From NCBI GenBank assembly GCA_047495785.1, contig JBLDXI010000042.1, forward strand, positions 3,348,001 to 3,412,000: a stretch of DNA of 64,000 bases, read 5' to 3'. Position numbers and translations under genes: made by a program. Of this stretch, positions 1-13,253 are shown piece by piece. The notes beneath the pieces are model-generated. The model saw only the letters and a list, made by a program, of their open reading frames with translations. It was not told the DNA's origin and did not search any database. The stretch comes from Lepidodermella squamata (Eukaryota > Animalia > Gastrotricha). Positions within the stretch are counted from its first letter, which is position 1. Each line of letters opens with the position of its first letter.

Positions 1-75
1 CGAAACGCGGTCGAAGTTCAACGGATTAATTACCAGCTCTTGTACGCAGGCAACTATATGAGGATCTGGTGACAT
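1..75 (-). CDS. 5' start of a further MIF4G-family paralogue (G8), running off the window
   Basis: Minus frame from ATG at 75 reads MSPDPHIVACVQELVINPLNFDRVS, like the N-termini of the other paralogues (LLDNPDQLDLVA, LAEHPEEIDLVA). Acceptor-like ataatag near 98. Confidence 0.5.
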   Translation of the reverse strand, partial: MSPDPHIVACVQELVINPLNFDRVS

Positions 76-253
76 TTTATTCAATTTTATATATAACCTA
101 TTATCCAACAAAAGTTCCGTTTTAGAAATTTTCGAAAATATTTTTCTCATTTTGTAATGACGAAAAGCCCAAGAACAAATGTCCCCGGGCAAAATTTCAC
201 ATCGTGAGTTACGATATTTATATATACAAAACAAAATATTAATCAACACGGAA

Positions 254-3200
254 TCATTTGCTCGTCGTTGAAGTAGGACGACAAGATGCAGCAGGCTGGC
301 CGGGATTTGATCGCTTAGCACTTGAATCATTGTTAGGAATTGAGCTTGAATTAATTTCGCCAGGTCTTTTCACCCCTTTGTTCGATACGGGTCGGTTTGA
401 GCCATTATTAGCTGAGTTACTGGAAGAAATCGAAGCTGGCCTTGTTAGAGTAGAATTACTCAGCGATGAGCCGATTTTTCGCATGAAAACAGCACTAAAT
501 TGCTGACAATAATCGTCACTCGACTCTGATCGAACGAATTCGAGGATTCGATCGAATTCTTGCTGGTACAATGCCGAGTTTTTCGCGAGTTCGGGCGTCA
601 GTTTTGAGAGCATGCCTTCCAATTTACGACTAGCCTCCTTCGCTGGATCAACGTCAGGCCAGTGTTTTTTCAGGTTCAAAATATCTCGCAATATTAGTTT
701 TGATTTTTCAGATGACGAGCCTATTTTCGCCAAATCAGTGAAAAAGCCGGTCCACCACGATTCCAATTTTTGCGCACGAACCAGAGGTGGCAATAATTTT
801 CCGATTCCTGAAAATATCTCGAATAGCAGGGCTAAGGAATCCTCGTCACCGATGGACAATAAAGCGTCCATGAATGGCGTTAAAAACTTGAGATCAAGCT
901 TTTTGTTCAAAAATAAGCCATTTGTTATCCTGTTGACGGAAAAAAATTAAAGATCGCGAGCTACTTTTGAGGCATGGAACTCACTTTACACATCCTATTC
1001 GACGCTTTAAAAACAAATTTTCCAGTCGATGAATTTCCTCGACCTTGTCGGCAATTGTTCTTGTTTCACCGGGAAGATAGCACATGAGAGAATGCAACTG
1101 GTCACAAATAAATTATATCGACAAGATAGCAAAATAATTATTTATAATGTACCGTTTCAGCTTTTTTCGAACCCGTTTCTACGGCTGATTTGGCCAGCTC
1201 AAGGTCTGATTTAGCTTGCCCACTGACGTATTTCAAGCAGAACGCTTCGAAATCCGGCTGAAAATTGCGACTACGACCGAATTCAGTTTTTGCTAGATCA
1301 TTAATCGCTTTGACAGCCTCTTCAGTAGTCTGGTCGTTGATCAATTCAAAAACCTGTGATTAACAAATAAATTACGAAAAATTCTTAGAAAAATCTACAA
1401 AAATCCACCCTAATAGAAAATTGCGAAACTGCTTCATAGAAGGCAAGAGGAGTAGGAAGGGACTTGATATGAGCTTTGTAAGCTTTCAACCACGGCGGTT
1501 CTGAATTCGACGGGTTGTCCATAACAATCGATCGCAAAATCACGCGAAGAGCGTCATCTTTAGGTCCTTGTTCTTCCTGAGGCTGCGGGGCAATAACAGC
1601 CGCAACATGGTTGGGGAAGGTAGCAGATTGAACTTGAGCGATTTGACGTTGTAGCTCGTCAATCTTTTCTTGCATAGAGGCAAAATCGTTGACAGAAACA
1701 ATGGGAATAACAGCAGGGGGCAATGTCGGGTTGTTTTGAACCGCCGGCACCGCCACCCTTGCAGGAGGTTCGGGTGAGGCTGGCGATATATTACCGCCTA
1801 AACTTCGCCGGCTAACATCAGGCGCGCCACGACTCGGCAAGTTTTGTTGACCTGGCGAAATCGAAGATGAAATTTCTGACGGCCGAGTGGCCAAACTAGG
1901 TGCCGCCAGGGCCGGAAAGGAAGGGTAATTGGCCGCAGTTGACGTTATCGCGAGAATTTTCGGGGCAGAACCAGTAGAACTGGGCCGAGGAGCTGCCTCT
2001 AATCGGGCTAGTGGAATGGCAAGAGCAGGCGGCTCGATTAGAGGAGGAATACCCAGGTCGAACGCTTCCACTTTACAAGTACAAGCCGGATTACGTCTCA
2101 GACCTCCTTTCTAAAAACAAAATTTAAAAAATTTGTAAATAATGAATTTTATGAATTTTTTGTATATAACACATAATTAGGCTAAAAACTATTGCGCAAC
2201 ACGATAATTATGTTTTGCAACAGGCAAATTATGAACTTTTTTGAAACCCACCGTTTTCATGTCATCCAAAAACTCGGTCACATCGCCATTCAAGGCGCTA
2301 TTCGGTATTCGGTTCGAATGCAAGTTCTGCGATAAACGATCGATAACAACGTCCCAAAACGCAAATTCCTCATCGGTGAGCTGAGCGTTGTACTGGCTTA
2401 TCAACAATTCGATATTCGATATACATTCAAACATGATCCTCGATGAGTTTTCATCTTCATTAGTCGCTAACAATGCGACGTAACTTTGAAATATGTCTCG
2501 AGGAGCTAGGCCAAGTCGGTATAATTCCCTGGTCAATCTGAAATAAGAGAATATGAAGGCCGAAAGTTGAAATTAGAATTGACTTACTTGAAGCTTTTAA
2601 AGAAATTTTCGAGGTCTTGTTTGTTTTGATCATGCAGAACTTTCGTCACGGCATCGCGCAGCGTTATTAGATTGTTCGGGAATATTTTTATTTCGAACTA
2701 GTAATAACGAAAAATCGATAAAAATTTATAGTGGATTTTGAAAATTTACATCTTTCAGAGTTTCGAGGAGTTGAATACAGACTTCAAAACTGGCGCCTTC
2801 TACAGCTAAAATCTGGAAAAAAATAAAACATTTGCGAATTTTTTTTGACTTGACATATACTTACGCCATCCAAAAGATGTTGTGTGTTTAGCTGAAACAT
2901 CCCGGCCGTTCCTTCTTTCGATAAAAGCTGTTTCATATCATTGCTGATCGATTGGATCTGATCAGGATTCCGAGTCAAATTCGACAACAAACTTCTGACA
3001 GTCAGCGGAGTTTGAATAATCGTTTTCTGCAAATTAGGAGCTGGAAACGAGTTGCGCCCAGCGGATAATGGAATCCCGGCAGGTCGTACCGGTGGCGCTA
3101 TCTGGCCACTCGGAGCGAAAGCGCGGGGTGCGAAATTATTCACTGGCCTTGGCTCGAGTTGGACCAGTCGATCGCGGTGAAAACGGCCCGCATGTTGGGA

Positions 3201-4211
3201 AATATCAACAACTTGGGTTTGAGCGGGAGGTCTAATTGCAGCTGTAGTTGGAATTGTTGGCCGATTACCGCCTGCCGGCCTAGCCGGGTTTGATTGGGTT
3301 CGAGAAATCATCGACTGGTTATGATTTTGCGGTCGGCTATCGTTTGAATCGGTCAAATCGACCATCAAGCCTTCTAACCGCGGCATTTGCCACCGGTTTT
3401 GCTTTTGGAGATAGTCGAGGAAAATCGCGAGAGTTTTCGCGAAACTCCGATCTTGCAGCGAATTTAATGAATCGCGAAGTTTGATAATAGTATTTTCCCA
3501 ATGGAAATCTTCCATTTGTTTCGCGTTCCACGCAACAACTCGCTGGTCGACTAGTTCCGAAGCAACGCGAGCAACAACATATTGGAACTTGATCCCCAGC
3601 TCGAGGTTGAGTGAAAGACTGGCGGTGGTGAAAATTGTTTTGAAAACAGTCACCTGAAGAATTTTCTGCCGAATACAATCCGCCGCAAAACTATACAAAA
3701 AACCGGATTTCAGGGGAAAATGTTCGAAAAAACCGAAAACAAACGGAGCTCGCTGTTCGAAGTGATTGAAGCCCTCCTGGGTGATATCACAGGGTTTGAA
3801 AATCACATTCGCAAGTGAATCTTTCACTTGGATTATTCCTGTAGATTCGCTCGATAAGGTAACCTAAAATTAATATTGAACGTTAAAACAAATCAGGGAT
3901 ATCAAGCATACATTTTGAATCTCGTCCAGCAGTTTCAGGTAGAGTGGCCTGATGGTTTGATGCGCTTTGAAACACTGAAAAATACCATTTTCGAAATTAA
4001 CGTAAAATTGACAATATTAAAATTTTACATGGGCGAGAATAGTAGATATTGCATCTTCGAAACCACGCTGTGTGAAATACTGGTTAAGATGGCCTTCGAA
4101 TTCGTGCGCATAGTAGCCAATCTGTTCGGCGTCACCTCGAGCGGCAAATTTTTCCAGCAGCTGGCCGAGCTCGCGATCACGATTCACCGTATACCCGCCA
4201 CCTGGACGCAT
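254..4211 (-). CDS. Multi-exon divergent multi-MIF4G protein G7 with Pro/Arg-rich linkers
   Basis: ORFs 4017-4211, 2784-3827, 2189-2536, 1385-2071, 1138-1344 and 254-910 join through short GT-AG introns. The last module (FMDALLSIGDEDSLALLFEIFSGIGKLL..WWTGFFTDLAKIG..ILRDILNLKKHW) follows the eIF4G MIF4G pattern. The start codon is uncertain. Confidence 0.65.
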
Positions 4212-4262
4212 TTCGCACCGAATGGAATATACGCAATAATTTCATAAATTATACATCTAGCT

Positions 4263-5086
4263 TTAACATAAAATTTTAAAATTATTACCTAAGGTTTCCT
4301 CATACTGCCACATATTTTTCTATAGGCGAGAGTGATTAAACCAAAAATGGTATAATTTTTAAATGTACCTCTTCTAGCTCTTTGATAAACTGAGCTATTT
4401 CACCCCTATAATTAGGATTTTTTACCGCTTTCACGTATCCGGCTTTCAGGAGTGAAAGCGCATTTATTGCCTCTAGAACAGCGGGTCCAAGCGAAATTTT
4501 ACCATCCTCGATAACATTACTCAAGCAGCGTAAAATTTCGAAAAGTCGCAACATTTTCGACTGGACAACGCAATCCTTAAACGCAACTTTCAAGCGCGAA
4601 ATCAAGACATCAAGAGGCAGCAAATGTTGCTTGGTCAAATCGCCTAGAACCCTGCAAAAATAAAATGAAAAATCTTAACAAGGAAAAAAGGAGTATTACT
4701 CAAGCTCGGTTCGATAGACTTGTGATTGATTTATGAAACGTTTAGTCACTGCAACTCGCGAAATAGCATAGGCTATGGTCATATCAGGCGATTCCGGGAA
4801 GCTCACCGTCCACGGCAGGAGATATTTCAACATTTCGATGAAACAGGGGCAATTAGGTCTTCGTAGTATTGCGTTTATAGTCTGTGGTAAAACTATGGTA
4901 CACTTAATACATATAGAAGCCTAGAAATTATACCTGGCACCATACTTCGCTGACGATATCTAACAGCATCTTCTCAGTAAGGCTCTTCCTTCTTATATTC
5001 GCCATCAATTGCGTGCATAGAAACATTTTCTTCCGGCTAACAGGCAGAGAATTTACGAAATGCTTGATCCAACCAAAACGCGCCAT
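4263..5086 (-). CDS. Short single-module MIF4G-like paralogue G6
   Basis: ATG 5086 (MARFGWIKHF..), several small exons including ORF 4336-4638, and the family's phase-0 intron before a K-x-x-W motif (EE|KNMW). Stop at 4263. Confidence 0.45.
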
Positions 5087-5186
5087 TATTAAAATCAATT
5101 TACGATGTCTAAAATTGAGGATAAAGACGTGTCAAGTTTGCTCGATATTTATTATAAATAAACAAATTTTGTAAATGTAAATTTGA

Positions 5187-7905
5187 TCAATACGTTCCGG
5201 GGGCAGAGGAAGAAATGTGCGTTACTGACTGATCGATTTTTTGCAGCAAAATTTCAAACATTTGCTGGCAGTGATTGTCCTTGTAACTCGCTAAAATAGC
5301 CGGATCTTTAGCCAGTAACTCCCTGGCACTTCGCAGCGATGCGTAATAAGTATCAGGGTCATTTACACGAGTTTCGGCAGAAATCGCAGTCATTATAGCC
5401 GAGAGAGCCTCGCGAGTCACGCGTTTGCTATCAATAGGTGGCCACTGAGATTTTTCGACCAGAATCGATGATGCAAGTAATCCGATTTCGGGCGAATTCG
5501 CCTGAGCGGCTAGTTCTTCGAAAAACGAATCCCACCAGCTTTCCAACCCGTTTTCTGACACATTCAGGGCTAACAAACGGCCGCAGTCGACCAAAACTTG
5601 CCACAAATTTTCGTAGACAGCTTTCGATGGGGAGATAATCAAAGCATCGCACAGTTCAGTTATGAACTTGATACCCAGCCGCTTTTTCTGATATAAATGA
5701 GCAGCCAATTTCGCGCAACCGATACGACGTTTCTTACTCAATTCCTCTGAAATCTGGGGGAAAAGATATAACAATATTAATGGGCTATTTTAGACAAATT
5801 ACCTGAGAATCTGGTGCTTTATCACAACCTCCAGCTAGATACATCACACAAAAAGCTTCGAAATCAATTTGAAAGACCTTCCCGCGACCGAACACGGTTT
5901 GCTGAAAATGCGAAATAGCTTTACCAGCTTCACTCAAGCTCTCGTCATTTTCAATAAGCTCGAAAATTCGCAATAAGCTAGTTTCAAGAGATCGAGTGAA
6001 TTCGTAGGGCGACGGAACTGTTTGGAGATGAGCGACTAGAGCCCAAAGCCACGATTTTGAGATATCGGTTAGAGAAATCGAGTTGAGCAATAGGTCGAAC
6101 TGATTCAATTCTTCAATATTGCCAGTGCACTCAACTGATTTTTGAGCTTCACCCCAGACAGGGTTCTGAAAAGTTAATAATTAAATGGGTTGAGGGTTGA
6201 GCGAACTTCATTTTCGTACCATGTCGTAAAATTTCAGAAATTCTTGAGCTTCAGCATGCGTTTCCGGGTCGCTGTACTGAGATCGCAACCGATCCAACTG
6301 CTGAGACCAAAACGCGACTTGTTCCGGTCGTAAGGCAGGCCAAGATCCAGATAACACGTTTTTGTGAACATTTTCGACGAGGCGAAACAGCAAGTAGAGG
6401 GACAAATTATCGTCACCTAATGCCAATTCCAAGGCATATTGTTCGAAAAGCTTGTCTGGCACCAATTGAACCCGCACCAACTCGTTAGAGAGGCTGGAAA
6501 ATTTGGAAAAATGATCTAGTTTAATGAAATTGAACTTTTCTACCGAAAGCTGGCGCAAAACTGGTCAATCTCATCACGGCTATTGAATTTGTTAGGGACA
6601 GTCGTACAACGAGCGACAGCTAGAAGAAACGTGACATCGGAAGATTTCCACACCACCTTAAAATATATGCTAGAATTCCATTTTTTTTTTTAAAGATAAA
6701 CCTATCTTACATGCTTCAGTGAGGCAAGCAGGGCGACAAAAGTCGGAAAATGAGGGGCTGAATGGGAAGCAAAAGTCTGAATCGAGAGAAATATAACACA
6801 TATTCGGTAAATTTATGCTGAATTTTTACCGCGTTCAAAAGCTCAAATACTCGGTCGTCGAATGCCACAGCAGTTGGCTGAGAAGTCAACAGACTCTCAA
6901 GATACACCGACGCTTTCGGTAGGAAACTGGGAGACTCAGCTAGTTGGGACATGATTGACAGAGCCGCGGACTTTTCCGTAGCAATAGGCTTCGCTTTCGG
7001 CGGAGATCGTGAGTTCTCGGCTGAAACAGCGCCCTCGGAGCTCTTTCTTTTCCGGCTACTGCTATACCACCTTCCTTTCTACACAACATTGAGACCATTA
7101 AGGAGGAATTAAAGAGGGGCAATTCGACCTAACCCGTTTCAAATCTTTGAAGAAGTTTAAGATGTCGCTCTCGTATCTCTTATCGGCGATAAGACCTCGA
7201 TCGTAGTCTTTCTTAAGGCGGTCGACACATTCCGTCCACTCCTTGTTGTTCGAAGGATCAGATGGGCTTATTTTGCTATCATATAGCAAATCAGCAAGGC
7301 GCAAAATCTCGTAAACGAAGTAGGTGCCGTATTCTGATGAATCTTTGTTAATCGTGGAAGCTAAATTCTTCAGATAGCCGAACGGGCTCAAATGACTGAG
7401 CAGGTATATCTCTTTAAGGAGGCTAAAATTATCTTGCAAATGATTGAAAAATCGAAATTTCACGGTATACTTACGACATTTGCAGTCGGAATCGCTCGAG
7501 ACCCTTTCGATTTACCTCAGGAAGGGGCGCAAAATAACTCTGAAGAGCAAATTTCACACTTGTCAATTCGTTCGCAAAATAGAATTTTTTCTGTATTTAA
7601 AAAAAATTGAAAAAAAATTAAATTTCATCGCCGGAAATACCTCAAATAAGGCATCAATGAGCTTGGCGTAGTAAGGTCGAGCGGAGGAGGAAGCATCGAA
7701 ACCCTGAAATAAAATTTGAACTTGAAATAGAAATATCTTGCAAAATCCTAAATAATGCCTTTTCCAAGATGTCCGCGACCAGGTCGAAAAACTTCTTTTT
7801 GTCCGAGCAACGCTCGAGCGTCTGTGCCACTTCCGAGACCAAATTTTTCCATTGATCGGGATGCTTTTCTAAGACATCGAGCAGAAGACTCAACTCTCGA
7901 GACAT
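5187..7905 (-). CDS. Multi-exon multi-MIF4G protein G5
   Basis: ORFs 7654-7905, 7098-7463, 6716-6952, 6208-6558, 5785-6108 and 5187-5774. KRRIGCAKLAAHLYQKKRLGIKFITELCDALI..YENLWQVLVDCGRLL parallels eIF4G RRSLGNIKFIGELFK..LECLCRLLTTIGKDL. Confidence 0.7.
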
Positions 7906-8011
7906 TTACAAAACCTATTCCATCATTAGTTTTAGCAAATATTGGCAACATTCCAAGCATTAACAATTGAGTTTTGAGCATAAAATGCGAATCACCCGAA
8001 AGAAAAATGAG

Positions 8012-10540
8012 TTAGTTATTTGCAGGGGCAGGCATTTCAACGCCAACGGACTCGAGTTTCTTCAACAAAATTTGAAAAATTTGAAAAATATGAGGGTCAT
8101 ATGAAAATTGTTGTTCGATTAATTGTTTGATGCGAGCTATCCAGTCGTCATTGTTTTGATTGCGTTCGATAGTCAGTTCGGAGGCAAATATCTCTAATAG
8201 CTTGGCAGCTTGAGATCGAGCATTCTCCAGAGATTCCGTGCAAATGATCAGTACAGAGCGAATCAGTGTCTTGACTGAATGAGAGGACGCTTCGTTTCTT
8301 TCAGAGTCTTTCATTTCTTCGATGAAATTTTCCAGCCATAGGATGAAATCATGATCGACTAGCGAAAAATCGACCAGTTCCAAAATTCCTCGCAAGCAAG
8401 TAATCGATTCGACAGAGTTTGAAGCGAGTAAACGATTACAAATCGCCATTATGCATTCATCATCGACCAATCCATCTTTGAAGAGGACAGCAAGGAATCT
8501 TAATTATAATAATCAATTCAAAATAAAGGTTCAATTTACAACTCAACAAACCTGACAAGGTTCAGTTTTAGATTCTCAAAGCCAGGTTTTTCAAGGAAAT
8601 TAAGAATAGCATGCTGGAGAGATTGCTTAAATTTCTTGCCGCGACCGAATTCCGTATCATTGAGTTTTGAAATTGCGGCGCGAGCGCTTTCAAGACTTGC
8701 TTCATCGGTAATTTTATCCAATATCTTTTGAAAATTTATAATTTTTACTCATTAACTAAAAACAGGCTGCAAGTACAACCTCCGATAGAATCTGGTCTAC
8801 CAGACCAGCGAATGCAAAGTTGCTAGCCGCGGCTTTCAACGCATCGATCAAAGGTGAGACCCAATCGTGCGAGCTATCCGATAAATCAATATTTCGTACA
8901 ATTTCGTCCCGACGAGGTTCCAAGTAAATGAAAGCTTGCCATCCGCCATTCTAAAAAATGCAAATTCATAATAACTATATCCCGCTGAAAAATTGTCAGT
9001 TTACGCTGTCAAGGCTTTCAATAAAATCCGATGCTTCATTTTTAGAAAATGCCTTGAAATCGTGATTTTCGCAGGCCAATGAAAGGCGATTGGTCTGAGA
9101 CTGCCAGAAGACGATATCATCCAGTGATAACTTCGCTTTGGTACTTTTGAAAGCATCGTAGACACTCGAAAGAATGCAGTGAAGTAATATCAGACCGATT
9201 TCTGAATATTCACGCGAAAATTTTTCAACAAATTTCGTGAAAATTTCAGCATTGATCACACCATATTGAAACAGCTCAACGGCAAATCTGATCAAAATAG
9301 CCGTTAAGAAACATAAATTATATGAAAAATGTTGCAATACCGTAAGCTGTGTTTGAACTTTCCGACATCTGCAAGACTGAGGACATGCTCGGTGGCTTGG
9401 AAGCACAACTCAGAGACCTCTTCCTTGAACGTACAGTTGCCGTGAGGCATCGAGATTCCAATATCACTCAAGCTGGCTAACAATTTGAAACCAACAGACT
9501 GCTCTCTCCGAGCCAAATAAACAGGATTCAGTACTTCGAAAACGGCATCTTTGAATTTTCCAATATCCGAGCTTTCGTTCAGCATTTGGCGAATATTTGC
9601 CGTAGAACGGTTCAGTAAGGCCGGGTTCATCAGCAGAACCTCCATCGTTCGAGAGATGACCGAAGGGGGATCGATATCAAAGAAAACACCCGAATCTTGC
9701 TCTTTGGGTGGGCTAGCAATGTATGGATTTTTGACTGGGGGCTCAAATTCACATGGAAAATGGTCAGCGGCCCTTTTCTTTGCTTGGAAATGAAAGTTAG
9801 CAAGATCGCCCGAAATCCATCTTTTCTTCTGAAAAAAGCCGGATGTAAAAAAAGATCCGAAGTAACAGATCCAAAATTAGATTACCTCTTTGAGATTATC
9901 GAAAAATTCTTCTATCCTCTCTAAAGCTCGAGGGTCGTTGATCACACCGTTATTGCAACCGTTCAGCAATTTTTGGAGGCAGCCGGTTATGAAGGCATTC
10001 TTTCCCCCACTTGCAACTTCATAGTTTCCGTCGATCAAATGACTAAACGCAGCCAACACGTCAAAGGTCATTAGCAAGTTGGTTTCAGACACGTCTTTGG
10101 GAAGATTTACAGCAGCTGATTTCATAGTACCAGTCCTGATAGCGCCAACTTTGTACAGCTCAATAAGCAATGGTAGTTTCTTGCGGAGCTCCTTCAAACT
10201 GGACATCGGTTGCAAAAAATAGCTATGAACCGCGTCAGTCATCTTCACGCCTTTTCCGTCTTTAGGGGTAATTTCAATCTGTTGAGAGAAAAAGGTTTTA
10301 CGCTATTTTACTACTTGCCAAGCTGAAAAATCATACATGAATTAACTCCTTGATCAGGGCGGCAAAACGGGGTAGAAGAGGTAGGCTAAATCCTGTAATT
10401 TTGTCCAGCAACAGAGTAGTTTTCATCTTCAAATCTGCTTTGGTTGGGCATGCAACAAATTTCCTCAAATACGCCTTAGTAACCATTTCCAGGTTATACG
10501 TGTCGTCAACCAACCATCCGAGTTCCAACAAAAAATCCAT
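8012..10540 (-). CDS. Multi-exon multi-MIF4G protein G4 (three modules)
   Basis: ORFs 10331-10540, 9877-10248, 9304-9645, 8996-9406, 8536-8721 and 8012-8470. Exon-by-exon paralogous to G3. Contains CIMAICNRLLASNSVESITCLRGILELV. Confidence 0.7.
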
Positions 10541-10644
10541 TTTTCTATAAAAAATGTAGAATTAATCAATTTTTAATAATTTTTTAATATAGATTCCGTT
10601 AGCTATCCAAACATAAAATTTTAAAAATTAACAAAAAAGAAGCA

Positions 10645-13170
10645 CTATTCAAGTTTTTTCAGAAAAATATCAAAAAGACTAAGAACATGATCATCACCGC
10701 TAAATTCACGAGTTATCAATGTTCTCATGTAGTTGACGATTAGAGAATACTCTTGCGGAGATGAGTGCCGTAGATTCTGAGTTAGACTTGCAGCTAAATT
10801 CGTTAAAAGATCCCGAGCTTGAGACTTGGTACTCGGCCATAGATTTTTCATGTCGAGTATTGCGAAGACCGTCGCTCGAGTCGACGATGTGAGTTGGGGT
10901 TTTGTAGCGAAATTCTGTAGCTCATTGAAAAAGTTGTCGAGCCACGTCAAATTTTCACGGTCTTGCATTTTCGGACCCAAATGGCTCTCGACATCTCTCA
11001 ACAGCTCGAGGAGGTGGGTCAGCGATTCAGACGATTTTGAAACGAGCAGTGCATCGCATACTCGCTTCAAATAATCCACATCTACGAGATCATTTTTGAA
11101 CAAATGGCCAATGAACCTTTTGGTTAGAAATTTCGAATGCAATCAAATTCAGAAAATCCAACTCAACTAACCTTATGCAGGCCACTTTGTCAGAGAGACC
11201 GAAATCGCCGGATTTTGTGAGGTATTTTAGAATAAATCGCTCGAATGCTTGCTTAAAATCCCTGCCACGGCCGAAAGATGAGGTCAAAAGAATTGACATA
11301 GCCTTACTTGCGTTTTCAAGGCTTGTCGAGTCACGAGTCTGAGACAGAAACTAGCGAAAAATTGTTTATCATACCTTAAGCCTCCAATTTATAAAATATA
11401 CCTTCAATATTAATTGCTCGATGAGATTTGTAAAATGGGCATGCGATTCGGACTTTCTGAGTCGATTAACAAGAGCCGATGTCCAAACTTCGGCTTCATA
11501 TGAAAGATTAATATCTCTGACAAAAGGATCGAATTCAAGACCCTGAGGTAGAAATGCTTGCCAACCGCCGGCCTAATAAATACGATATATTGACAAAATT
11601 AAATCTGAATTAATGCCTTACATTATCCAGATCGAGCAGAAAATTTATCACAACACTTTTGGGTATTAATTCGAATTTATTTTCGTAGCAGGCTATCGAG
11701 AGTCGATTAGACTGCATTTTCCAGAATGCGGCTTCGTCAAAGGTTAGCTTTTGAGATCCTTCCTTCATCAGAGCGAAATAATTCGAACAAATCGTAAGTA
11801 GGACAATGAGGCTCATTTCGGAATCGTCGGTTGTGAATTTACGGACATATTCCTGGAACAACTCACTTCCGATTACTCGATATCGGAATAACTCATTCGT
11901 CAATCTGAACACAAATTACAAAAATGGGAAATATTTTAGAATAAAAATTATACCTGAAACTAGATTTGAAGCTATTGACATGGTCCATGGTGGTAAAAGG
12001 TTCGGTAACTCGACAACAAAGGGCTGAGATCTCCTTCCTAACCGAACTATCACAATCCGTGAACATCACTTCAACATCGCTCAAACTTTGCAGAAGTTTT
12101 AAGCCGGTTTCCAACGGACGACCTTCTCTCGCAAGATAAACCACGTTCAAAATGTCGAAAACACCCGCCTTGAAACATTCAAGATCCGAACATTCAGACA
12201 ACATTTGGCGAATATTATTCGATGTTTGATGGAGCAAATCGGGATTCAAAAGTAAAATCTCCATGGATTTTTTAATTAGGGAAGTAGGAGTAGAAATGTT
12301 GCAAGCTGAGCTGCATGGCCTTGAATTTCGGGACTCAGTTCGCGATGACTTGGAAGGCGAAATTTCTTGACGATCGATTTGAGCCCGCTTTCGAGACTTC
12401 AAATTCGAAGTCGACACTTCAACCCATCTATTTTTCTAAAATATATTATTATGGTATCAGGAATTATGAGAATTGTTCCGAAAATCACCTCTTTCAATTG
12501 GTCGAGAAATGCCATGATTTTTGCGAGATCTTGAGGGTCTTTAATTTTACCGTTGTCACAGCCTGCTTGTAATTTCTGAACGCAGTGGGTCATGAAAGCA
12601 TTTCTTTCCGGGTTCATAATTTCGAAATTCCCATCGACCAAATGACTGTACGCCGCAGTTATTTCGAAGAGCATTAACAGATAAGTCGAGGGTAACAATT
12701 TAGGCAGTGACGTCGCAATGATGCTTTTAAATGAGCCAGGCCTGATCGCCTGAATTTTTATCAACTCGACCATGAGAGGCAATTTTTGACGAAGATCAGT
12801 CATTCCAGTGTACGCTTGCATAAAATAGCTGTGACTAGAGTCGATAAAAGCGCAAATCTTTTTCGTGGTTTGGCACATAATTTTAACCTGAAAAAACTGT
12901 TAATTAAGCAAATTCAGAAACGTGTAAAATACCAACCTTGTCAATCTTTTTCACGAGCTTAGCGAATATTGGAATCCGAGACGAGTCGAAGCCCGCCATT
13001 TTTCTCAGCAAGGCAGATGTTTTATCGAAAAATTCAGTTTTCGTTGAACATGATTGAAATTTAGTCCGGTAATCCGCGGCTACTAAATCAATCTCTTCTG
13101 GGTGTTCTGCTAGCCGATCGAGCCCGTTAAAAAATACGGGGTCAATATTTGAAAAATTATTGTCAGTCAT
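10645..13170 (-). CDS. Multi-exon multi-MIF4G protein G3 (three modules)
   Basis: ATG 13170 (MTDNNFSNID..); ORFs 12904-13239, 12399-12878, 11893-12417, 11610-11912, 11090-11299 and 10645-11142. Contains FIGHLFKNDLVDVDYLKRVCDALLVSKSSESLTHLLELL. Confidence 0.7.
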
Positions 13171-13253
13171 AAATCTTAAAAATTCTAAATTTAAGACACA
13201 AACTAGTAAAAAAGTTTTATTCAAACAACTAAATCTCAAAAAAAATCGAGTAC

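Noticed and set aside
8925-8950. NGGWQAF / AGGWQAF / FIKNNGGWEKSF resemble the Bcl-2 BH2 motif
   Set aside because: No BH1 NWGR motif or C-terminal TM. The motif sits where MIF4G domains end in a conserved Trp, and the intron lies before the motif rather than after the Trp as in Bcl-2 genes.
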